Shown piece by piece: positions 1 to 6,538 of a DNA stretch of 64,000 nucleotides. The notes beneath the pieces were generated by a model that did not search any database, was not told the DNA's origin, and saw nothing but the letters and a program-made list of their open reading frames with translations. The DNA is from an uncultured Gammaproteobacteria bacterium. GTDB lineage: Bacteria; Patescibacteriota; Patescibacteriia; UBA9570; XYC2-FULL-38-9. The stretch covers positions 23,455 to 87,454 of the forward strand of contig CAYFNF010000005.1 of assembly GCA_964344485.1 (NCBI GenBank), given 5' to 3'. The position numbers and the translations under genes are program-made. How positions within the stretch are numbered: the first letter of the stretch is position 1; each line of letters starts with the position of its first letter.

Positions 1-1
1 G

Positions 2-127
2 CAGACCAAAGAATGGGAAGGATACTTCCTGGTACCTACCTCAGCAACAGGGCTAAAACTACTCGCGAATGATCTATCATTCCTTCCAGAATCAGAGGTC
101 TATATTGACCTTGGTTTAGACGGATAA
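2..127 (+). CDS. 3-prime end of an unknown CDS truncated by the window start
   Basis: Open frame 2 from the window edge to TAA at 125-127. Host-like AT-rich codon usage. Followed by a terminator hairpin at 139-170. Confidence 0.3.
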   Translation, partial: QTKEWEGYFLVPTSATGLKLLANDLSFLPESEVYIDLGLDG

Positions 128-138
128 AATACTTATAA

Positions 139-170
139 AACGCGGCGTGATCAAGCGCGGCGTTTTTTAT
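139..170. terminator. Rho-independent terminator (A-tract / cgcggcg stem / T-tract)
   Basis: aaaaCGCGGCGtgatcaaGCGCGGCGtttttt. A 7-bp GC stem with one central mismatch, a T6 run downstream and an A4 run upstream, so it could act in both directions. Confidence 0.5.
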
Positions 171-224
171 TACGTTTTGTAGAACACGGGCACAATTGTA
201 GAACATAATCGTTTGTTTTTAGCA

Positions 225-253
225 TTGACAAACGGTATTTTTTAGTATATAAT
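225..253 (+). promoter_or_regulatory. Consensus sigma70-type promoter (TTGACA, 17 bp, TATAAT)
   Basis: TTGACA at 225-230, an exact 17-nt spacer, TATAAT at 248-253. It lies in AT-rich DNA about 170 nt upstream of the GC-rich islet A CDS. Confidence 0.55.
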
Positions 254-358
254 GATTAGTCATTTTGATAATGGGGAGAGAGTACCTATTAACAAAATGA
301 AATACTGAACAGAGGAGCATTCGCATCAATTCAGAACATTGAAATCTTTTCGGAACTT

Positions 359-390
359 CTCATTGCAGCGGTACACACAGCTGCAATGAG
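359..390 (+). promoter_or_regulatory. 11-bp perfect stem-loop in the 5-prime leader of the islet A gene
   Basis: ctcattgcagc (359-369), loop ggtacacaca, gctgcaatgag (380-390). No T-tract follows, so it is not a classical terminator. It sits exactly at the AT-rich/GC-rich junction, 18 nt before the GAGGAGG RBS (409-415). Confidence 0.5.
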
Positions 391-422
391 AAGCATCGAG
401 GAAAACCCGAGGAGGAATCACC

Positions 423-923
423 ATGCGATCCATCGCTGCTTTCGCAAGTTTCGGTATCATCGTGAGTGTCGCGGCATCCGGATGCGGCCCCTGGCCCTTC
501 GGGGAGGTCTGCGACCAGCGCAACCAGTTGCTGTTCGCGGGCATCCTGTCCGAGTCCAGCGGCCCGCAGTGCACGTCGCACGACTACGACGACGACGGGC
601 ACGACGCGGCGTACGACCAGGACGACCGGCTCGACCGGCACGACAACAACTGGTACGACCCGGCCGACGTGTACCCGGACGGCCCGGACGGCTCGCACAT
701 CGGCGACATCTCGTGGTGCATCGTCGAGGAGACGGGCCCGGTCGACGACTACGACGTCGTCTACGACTGGTCCTGCATCCGCGACTACTGGGCCGACCGG
801 CTCGACGAGCTCTGCGAGGCCTGGGAGGACGGCACGTTCGACCTGGAGGAGCACTCGATCGACTCGCTCGACGAGGCCCACTACCAGCGAGAGGCAGACG
901 CCTACGAGGAGTACTGCACCTAG
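423..923 (+). CDS. Islet A: small secreted acidic Cys-rich protein, putative lipoprotein (166 aa)
   Basis: GAGGAGG RBS 7 nt before the ATG. N-terminal hydrophobic signal with a lipobox-like VAASGC. Mature part is Asp/Glu-rich with 7 Cys. GC content far above host. The overlapping ORFs in other frames are Arg/Pro-rich frame shadows. Confidence 0.55.
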   Translation: MRSIAAFASFGIIVSVAASGCGPWPFGEVCDQRNQLLFAGILSESSGPQCTSHDYDDDGHDAAYDQDDRLDRHDNNWYDPADVYPDGPDGSHIGDISWCIVEETGPVDDYDVVYDWSCIRDYWADRLDELCEAWEDGTFDLEEHSIDSLDEAHYQREADAYEEYCT

Positions 924-1198
924 CTGGTTCGACCAGCACGTCCCCGCCGCCGCACCACCGCCACACGACGACACCGACTACCGCGCCGGGCGAACCCGGC
1001 ATCCCTAGGTGGGTCGACTGTAGCTTCCATGCACAGCAGTCGACACACCGCTTCCCCTGGCCTGGACTATTACGTCAAGGCAAGAGGAAGCATCATTAAT
1101 AGCTGCGCTTCTCGCACCACTCACTCGACTACAAAGAGCCGTCTTCGCGGCACACGTAGTCTCGTGAGCGCTGCTGCAGCGCTATATCAGTTAAACTT

Positions 1199-1285
1199 AA
1201 AAAGCGCGGAGGTGATATTGCCGCAGGACGGTTGGCCCAGCGAGAGCTGGGTTTTAGTCCGAGGTAATATCACGGAGCGCTTTTT
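1199..1285. other. Nested stem-loop element (long A5/T5-flanked hairpin with an internal GAGA tetraloop hairpin)
   Basis: aaaaagcgc(1199-1207)/gcgcttttt(1277-1285) outer stem. ggtgatatt/aatatcac inner stem. cccagc-GAGA-gctggg at 1236-1251. Lies between islet A and the 3-prime end of tRNA-Met. Confidence 0.4.
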
Positions 1286-1297
1286 AATTTATGATTG

Positions 1298-1371
1298 TGG
1301 CAGGGGTGAGAATTGAACTCACGACCCCAGGCTTATGAGTCCTGTGCTCTAACCAACTGAGCTACCCTGCC
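1298..1371 (-). tRNA. tRNA-Met (anticodon CAU; elongator type, or possibly tRNA-Ile2 with lysidine)
   Basis: Reverse complement: GGCAGGG TA GCTC AGTTGGTTA GAGC A CAGGA CTCATAA GCCTG GGGTC GTGAG TTCAATT CTCAC CCCTGCC A. 7-bp acceptor, GTGAG/CTCAC T-stem, CAT anticodon. G1:C72 argues against initiator. CCA is not encoded. Confidence 0.85.
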
Positions 1372-1424
1372 ATGGGACACGACACAGAGTATATAAAAAA
1401 AAGGATAACTTGTCTAGTCTGCGT

Positions 1425-2705
1425 TTATACTGCACGAAAATCCTCAGTTCGAACTACCTGTGCCAACACATTTGCAGAACAATGAACACTCCCGCGAGCT
1501 TGATGTGTTGCTAAGTCACGAACTGGAATTGGAGTATACCCAGCCTGAACGTACGTTTCGTATGCTCGTGCTGCTTTGCCAATTAAATGCTCCTGTGTAA
1601 TTTCGTCGATACCGTCCGCTCCTTCTTGTAGCTCATTTGGAAATACTGGAAACAGTATCTTCTTCTCTCCTGTATTTTTATCAATATACGGAATTGCATT
1701 CACAGAAGTACGCACCATCCATGCATCGTCGAATTCATCATTTTCAATGGTGAATACTCGATACCCTAGGTCCTCCAGCTGTTGCTTCATTTTTTCATGA
1801 AGTTGTACTAATGAGGAGGACTGAATCGCATCACCGTATTGATTTACCACAGCAGTGTTGTCTGCTAGGAGGATAAATGATTGATCGAGATGGGCAAAAA
1901 AATCAAATCCATACCTTGCTTCTCCCATAAACACCACTTCTGCTCCAGGAAACTGTGCCTGAATAAGCTCAAGCACCCGTTCTTGATTAATCTGTTGACC
2001 TCGCCGTTTATATTCATTAATAGTTCTGCTAATTGTATGATGCCCTACGAGTACTCGTAATCCTTTTTCTGTGCGATCAAATGTCATATCTCCGCCCTCG
2101 AATGCAAATGGTGCCTGCACAACGTTCATAGAACTCTCTAGCTGTTTTCCTACAGCAACTCTTTGAGCTGCGCGTTGGTCATCAGGAATACTGCTTATTG
2201 GAATTGCGTCCATGGAAATGAGAAATGCATCTTCACCATCAACAGTAATCGGCTCTCCATAATCTTGCGCCCACACCTCGAGCCTTTCTGTCTCAGCTGG
2301 TAGTATATGAAATGTTGCCTGGTTTTGTATTTGTAGCTCTTGCAAAGCAGACTTCATATGCTCCACCATGTCTTCACGTACTACAATCTCAAGATGTGTA
2401 TACTCAGGAATATTTCTTAAAAGATCCTGGTACACTCGACGCAAATGCCCACGTATAATATCAACTGGTCTATCTTTGGCTCCATGAATAGTTGTCGGGA
2501 CAGTAAGAAGAAGCTTTTCTAGATGCCGCTCATATTCCGGAGTTGCCATCACTTCATGTGTTGGCTCTTGCTCTGTTGCTGGCCTCGGATCTTCTGCAAC
2601 ATATTTCAAAGCAGCGCGAGCTGGTGTGGGGACTGCAGCAACTCCTGCTGCAGCTGCTAAACCTTGCAATACCTCCCTGCGTGTTCTACCTCTACCTCTT
2701 TTCAT
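1425..2705 (-). CDS. Agmatine deiminase / Porphyromonas-type peptidyl-arginine deiminase family protein with a twin-arginine signal
   Basis: N-terminal RRxxLQGLAAAAGVAAVPTPARAA Tat-like signal. FEGGDM motif and a C-terminal G-S-V-H-C-S nucleophile motif like AguA's GGNIHCITQQ. Confidence 0.7.
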   Translation of the reverse strand: MKRGRGRTRREVLQGLAAAAGVAAVPTPARAALKYVAEDPRPATEQEPTHEVMATPEYERHLEKLLLTVPTTIHGAKDRPVDIIRGHLRRVYQDLLRNIPEYTHLEIVVREDMVEHMKSALQELQIQNQATFHILPAETERLEVWAQDYGEPITVDGEDAFLISMDAIPISSIPDDQRAAQRVAVGKQLESSMNVVQAPFAFEGGDMTFDRTEKGLRVLVGHHTISRTINEYKRRGQQINQERVLELIQAQFPGAEVVFMGEARYGFDFFAHLDQSFILLADNTAVVNQYGDAIQSSSLVQLHEKMKQQLEDLGYRVFTIENDEFDDAWMVRTSVNAIPYIDKNTGEKKILFPVFPNELQEGADGIDEITQEHLIGKAARAYETYVQAGYTPIPVRDLATHQARGSVHCSANVLAQVVRTEDFRAV

Positions 2706-2714
2706 ATTATTGAA

Positions 2715-4499
2715 TTACTTCCACCCACTAATACGCGCCCCTCCTTCAAACCCTTCAGCAAAAACACGCTCATTGAATAGTACAGTTTTTGCTTTGGTAT
2801 ATCGATACACCTTCACCCACGCCTCACCGTCTCCAGCCTGACTCACTAGAATCTCATCTTTTCCATCTTCTTCCCAGTCCACCACACTCACATCTACAGG
2901 TCCGGTAAATCCTGAACCAAATGGAGTGATCTTCCTATCTTTTTTATACCCACTGAGCTCCATAACGCGCACGACTCCTTTTTTATCACCACCAGAACCA
3001 ATAATAATCTCGTCCTTCCCATCATCATCAACGTCTCCAGCAGCGACATTTACTCCACCGCGATAGCTTTTCTTAAACACACGCGAGACATCGCCGCGTT
3101 TCCCATCCTCACTCAACACCGTTACTTTTGATAGTCCATCACTTAGCCCAACAACAACTTCATCCACTCCATCTCCGTCAACATCCCCTGCTGCAACGTC
3201 CACGCCTTTCTTATGTGCTTTTTTAAATGGTTGCTTCTTCCATAACAAGGTTCCGTTGCGTTCATACGCTCGAACCTGCACAGTTTGCCCCGGACCCGAT
3301 CCAACGATAATCTCATCCACTCCATCTGCATCAATATCTCCGGTTGCAATACTCCCACCGTTCTTTCTCTTGGCAGGGAACGCCTTAAAATTATTTAACT
3401 TTGTTCCTTTGCGTGTTAACACATGTACCTTGGATTCATCGCCAGCTCCTTTTAGCGTTACAATATTATTCGCACCATTACCGGTCACATCACCAACTGC
3501 TACGTCACCTCCGCCTTCCCAGGTCTTTTTATAGACTCGAAATGCTTCATCTTCATCACCAGTTTGATAGTACGTCTTTACTGCTCCGTAACTGGGCGCT
3601 CCACTCATAACTGCTGCAACTCGGGTATAACTCGCGTTCCACTTCTTTTGTACATACGTAGTGTCTGTGGTGCTCCGCCCTTCTCCATCTTTAGCAGTGG
3701 CTCGCAAGTACAACTTCCCGTCATCAAACTCAGATAAATAGGATGAAAATAGATACGGATAGAATGACCCATCAGTTGCAGTAGTAATAGTCTCCCAGGT
3801 CTTTTTCCCATCATCACTCGCCTCAATCTTTAACGACTGTACACCACTGCCTAAATCACTCGCATAGACGTATGTTGCAAACCCATCACCGATCACATCC
3901 CCTTTCTCTACACTCCAGCTCACCTCTGGGTCCCATTTGTCTTCAATTAAATGATTAGGAATATAGACTTCTGGATCGTACCAATCATCTTGAGTATCTA
4001 AGTCAGTCACATGGCCATAATACACCCACTCTCCTGAGTAAGCACTTTTATGAATGCCAAAATGTAGATGCGGAGTCCAACCACCATTATCTGCTTGGCA
4101 GCCGAGCACGCCGATCTGATCACCAGCCTCAACTCGATCTCCTTCAGAGACCATCAACACCGACGGCCGCAGATGTCCGTATAATGAAACAATATTCTTA
4201 CTCGGGCGCTCATGTTCGATCAAAATTACTAATCCAAACTGAGACCGTTCAGCCACATCAACGACTACACCATCTGCTGTTGCATAGACCGGCCCGCCTG
4301 ATCCAAATTCAAATCCAGCATCTACACCCATATGGTAGTACCCGCTAGAAAACGTGTCTCCGTGTTCCGTAGTGACATTCCACGAGGACAGTGGATAGAT
4401 AAAATTATCTGCGACTGCAGCACTTACAGGAGAACCAGAGAAAACAAAACACCCAAGAGTGAACAAGAGTGTTATGGAAAAATTTCTAAAAAATATCAT
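2715..4499 (-). CDS. Secreted M23 (LytM-type) metallopeptidase fused to FG-GAP/VCBS-like repeats
   Basis: Signal peptide. HMGVDAG (HxxxD) and PHLHFGIH (HxH) M23 motifs. C-terminal repeated GDVDGDGxDEIIVG integrin-alpha-like repeats. Confidence 0.8.
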   Translation of the reverse strand: MIFFRNFSITLLFTLGCFVFSGSPVSAAVADNFIYPLSSWNVTTEHGDTFSSGYYHMGVDAGFEFGSGGPVYATADGVVVDVAERSQFGLVILIEHERPSKNIVSLYGHLRPSVLMVSEGDRVEAGDQIGVLGCQADNGGWTPHLHFGIHKSAYSGEWVYYGHVTDLDTQDDWYDPEVYIPNHLIEDKWDPEVSWSVEKGDVIGDGFATYVYASDLGSGVQSLKIEASDDGKKTWETITTATDGSFYPYLFSSYLSEFDDGKLYLRATAKDGEGRSTTDTTYVQKKWNASYTRVAAVMSGAPSYGAVKTYYQTGDEDEAFRVYKKTWEGGGDVAVGDVTGNGANNIVTLKGAGDESKVHVLTRKGTKLNNFKAFPAKRKNGGSIATGDIDADGVDEIIVGSGPGQTVQVRAYERNGTLLWKKQPFKKAHKKGVDVAAGDVDGDGVDEVVVGLSDGLSKVTVLSEDGKRGDVSRVFKKSYRGGVNVAAGDVDDDGKDEIIIGSGGDKKGVVRVMELSGYKKDRKITPFGSGFTGPVDVSVVDWEEDGKDEILVSQAGDGEAWVKVYRYTKAKTVLFNERVFAEGFEGGARISGWK

Positions 4500-5045
4500 C
4501 TATTGAGTAATGCTGCCCAGCAGTACATCAACAATCACGATTCCTTTTGGCGACAAGCTCGTGACTAGCTCATGGTGAATACGGCGTTCAATCTCTGCGC
4601 GCTTATTCGTAAAGAAATCATTTGCATTGTATTCAGCAGACACAGTACGAACACGCGAACGGATGGTTGGGCGGACAATCTTTTCTACATAATTATCACC
4701 GATGCTCTGCCATAACTGTGTTGCATTATCTGGATCGATGTGAAAAAGCACGGTCATCTCCATAATCACATTCTGTCCGTCTTTGGTTGCAGCGATTACC
4801 TCTTGATCTCCAAGATCGCTGGTAGCAATATCAAACCCTCGGCGCACCTGATATTCCTGTACTTGTGTATTGAATAATTTTGCTTTATGCCAGAACGGCA
4901 TCTTGAGATGCAGTCCAGGTCGCAACACCTTTAACAGTACTCCTTTTCCATGACTGTAAATACAGGCAACGTATCCTGGTGGCACAGAGACAAACATCCC
5001 GAATAAGATGTCCTCTATTGCTATTGAAATAATTAGCTTGTCCAT
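4500..5045 (-). CDS. SPFH/band-7 (prohibitin/HflK-like) domain protein, short form
   Basis: N-terminal TM segment then an SPFH-like core (VIAATKDGQNVIMEMTVLFHIDPDN). Its stop abuts the start of the M23 gene. Confidence 0.6.
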   Translation of the reverse strand: MDKLIISIAIEDILFGMFVSVPPGYVACIYSHGKGVLLKVLRPGLHLKMPFWHKAKLFNTQVQEYQVRRGFDIATSDLGDQEVIAATKDGQNVIMEMTVLFHIDPDNATQLWQSIGDNYVEKIVRPTIRSRVRTVSAEYNANDFFTNKRAEIERRIHHELVTSLSPKGIVIVDVLLGSITQ

Positions 5046-5776
5046 AAATCGTTGACGCTAGATTTTAATTTTTCATCTTGGATGAACTTCACAACAATCC
5101 ACTTAATTAAGCGAATCCATAAGGAGAAGACAACCGAAGTGGCAATAAACACTGCTTTTCCAGATGGCAAAATAATAGTTGCGAGGTACGTTCCGATCGG
5201 CAGGCCTATAAGCAGCGCTTTATCGATGGTAGAAGCTTCATGATAGTGTTTTACCTTCCGAATCGCCTGATGAAAGAATACCACAGCAGCAGCAAACAGT
5301 GAAGCATAGGTGTTTGGCACAATCATATTGAACCAGCCGAGAAAGTATGGGTCGATTACCCCTGGGTCTGGCATGAACCCATATAGTTCATTATGTCCAA
5401 TAGTCTGAAGCCCTGATGAAAAAATACTATAAAGTACTACTAAAATTACCAACTGGAACACCAAAGAGAGAAAATTCGACATGACTCCAATCTTGTTTCG
5501 CTGCAACAATGACTTTATAGCTTCTCGCTGCTTTTGAACGTTGTACTTATATCGAACCTTAATTTGGTCAATTAATGGCTGCAATCGTTCGAGTCGGTGC
5601 TCTGAGCGTGCGGAACGAATGGAGAACGGGAGTAGAACAACACGAATAGAAATAGTAAGAAAAATAACCGCTAGTCCCATGTCCTTGCCAGGTGAGACGG
5701 CGTAGAAAAAAATCAACAGATTGTATAACGGCTCATATAAACCGTCGTACCAGACAAACTGAATAAAGTTGATCAT
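5033..5776 (-). CDS. yidC: Membrane protein insertase YidC/Oxa1 (short type)
   Basis: GLAVIFLTISIRVVLLPFSIRS and RLQPLIDQIKVRYK motifs aligning to SpoIIIJ/YidC. I use the internal ATG at 5776 (MINFIQFVW) as the start, because the upstream 76 codons of the long ORF run through the yidC promoter and islet B in another frame. Confidence 0.8.
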   Translation of the reverse strand: MINFIQFVWYDGLYEPLYNLLIFFYAVSPGKDMGLAVIFLTISIRVVLLPFSIRSARSEHRLERLQPLIDQIKVRYKYNVQKQREAIKSLLQRNKIGVMSNFLSLVFQLVILVVLYSIFSSGLQTIGHNELYGFMPDPGVIDPYFLGWFNMIVPNTYASLFAAAVVFFHQAIRKVKHYHEASTIDKALLIGLPIGTYLATIILPSGKAVFIATSVVFSLWIRLIKWIVVKFIQDEKLKSSVNDLWTS

Positions 5777-5782
5777 GTCTAT

Positions 5783-5811
5783 AGTATAATTGAAATTATG
5801 GAAAAAGTCAA
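5783..5811 (-). promoter_or_regulatory. Putative yidC promoter (TTGACT, 17 bp, TATACT); transcript likely leaderless
   Basis: Minus-strand TTGACT (5806-5811), 17-nt spacer, TATACT (5783-5788), ATG 7 nt downstream. Confidence 0.4.
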
Positions 5812-5873
5812 CGCGTCCGCACAACCGTTTGCGGCAATATTTAACTATATCTGATAAAAAAGGGCCTTCGACT

Positions 5874-6398
5874 CTACTTCGTTCGTTGGTCTTCGTGTTG
5901 TGCCTCCGGGGGCCACGATCCGAATCGCCGAGCGATCGCTGCTTGTACTGGTTCGCTGACCTCTTCCATTGGCCAGTGGTAGTATTGAGCACGGTAGTGT
6001 GCACTGGGGCACTCCACTCGTATACTCAACCATCGTTCAGGATTGTCGCTAGCGCGAGCAACCTCTACCAGTGCCTCATCGGTTTCGACTGGCCAAAGCA
6101 CAAGCCTATCGAAGATCGCATTCTTGAGCGTGTACATGCTGGAGACCGTGCTGTTATTGAACCGCAAGCGGCGCAAGCAGATCTGCAAGCCGTACAGCAT
6201 GGAGCACAGGAGCGTGAGTGTTCCAGACCTGGTTGGCGGGTTCCACCGCTCACTTCGCAATACGCCAGCTGCTTCGCCGGCATGCGTTCCAAGCCTGTGC
6301 AGCACCTCCCTGTTCGGATTGTGGCTGACGAGCAGCCCCTCTCTTGAAGCGTGGTCGAAGGCTCTCTCACACCGCTGCAGCACCGTCATTCCGTTCAC
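5874..6398 (-). CDS. Islet B: hypothetical protein (174 aa, GC-rich)
   Basis: GGAGGTG RBS just upstream (plus 6402-6408). GTG start at 6398 or ATG at 6389. Globular-looking sequence (DRLVLWPVETDEALVEVARASDNPERWLSIRVECPSAHYRAQYYHWP). GC ~57% against ~40% host. The other-frame ORFs are shadows. Confidence 0.5.
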   Translation of the reverse strand: MNGMTVLQRCERAFDHASREGLLVSHNPNREVLHRLGTHAGEAAGVLRSERWNPPTRSGTLTLLCSMLYGLQICLRRLRFNNSTVSSMYTLKNAIFDRLVLWPVETDEALVEVARASDNPERWLSIRVECPSAHYRAQYYHWPMEEVSEPVQAAIARRFGSWPPEAQHEDQRTK

Positions 6399-6484
6399 TG
6401 CACCTCCGCGTTGAATCTACATGGTGTTATGAGAAAGCGATCCTACACTAATGAATCTCACGACTATTGTCAATACTCTACTGT

Positions 6485-6520
6485 AAAACAAAAACAAATC
6501 CCCCTCAGTGACGAGGGGGA
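6485..6520 (-). terminator. Rho-independent terminator of the giant surface-protein gene
   Basis: tccccctc-agtgac-gaggggga 8-bp stem (6499-6520), followed on the minus strand by a T-rich tract (plus 6483-6498 gtaaaacaaaaacaaa). Confidence 0.6.
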
Positions 6521-6538
6521 CTGTATGACGTGAACGAT

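Noticed and set aside
326-1099. Overlapping ORFs in other frames/strands across islet A (360..974 -, 386..1099 +, 457..1002 -, 466..1008 +)
   Set aside because: Arg/Pro/Ala/Thr-rich low-complexity translations typical of frame shadows in GC-rich DNA. Only 423..923 has an RBS, a signal peptide and protein-like composition.
1029-1316. 95-aa ORF between islet A and tRNA-Met
   Set aside because: Runs through a hairpin-dense region and into the tRNA flank. No RBS. Composition is poor.
5777-6004. N-terminal 76 codons of the long yidC ORF (5033..6004)
   Set aside because: They cross the yidC promoter and enter islet B in a different frame from the islet B gene. The YidC homology starts at the internal Met (5776).
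5790-6414. Alternative-frame ORFs in islet B (5790..6347 +, 6043..6414 +, 6065..6370 -) and an RNase P RNA hypothesis for this GC-rich stretch
   Set aside because: No RNase P P4 consensus (GGAAAGUCCGG / ACAGAACCCGGCUUA) found. The 5874..6398 minus frame reads as a good protein with a GGAGG RBS. The others are shadows.
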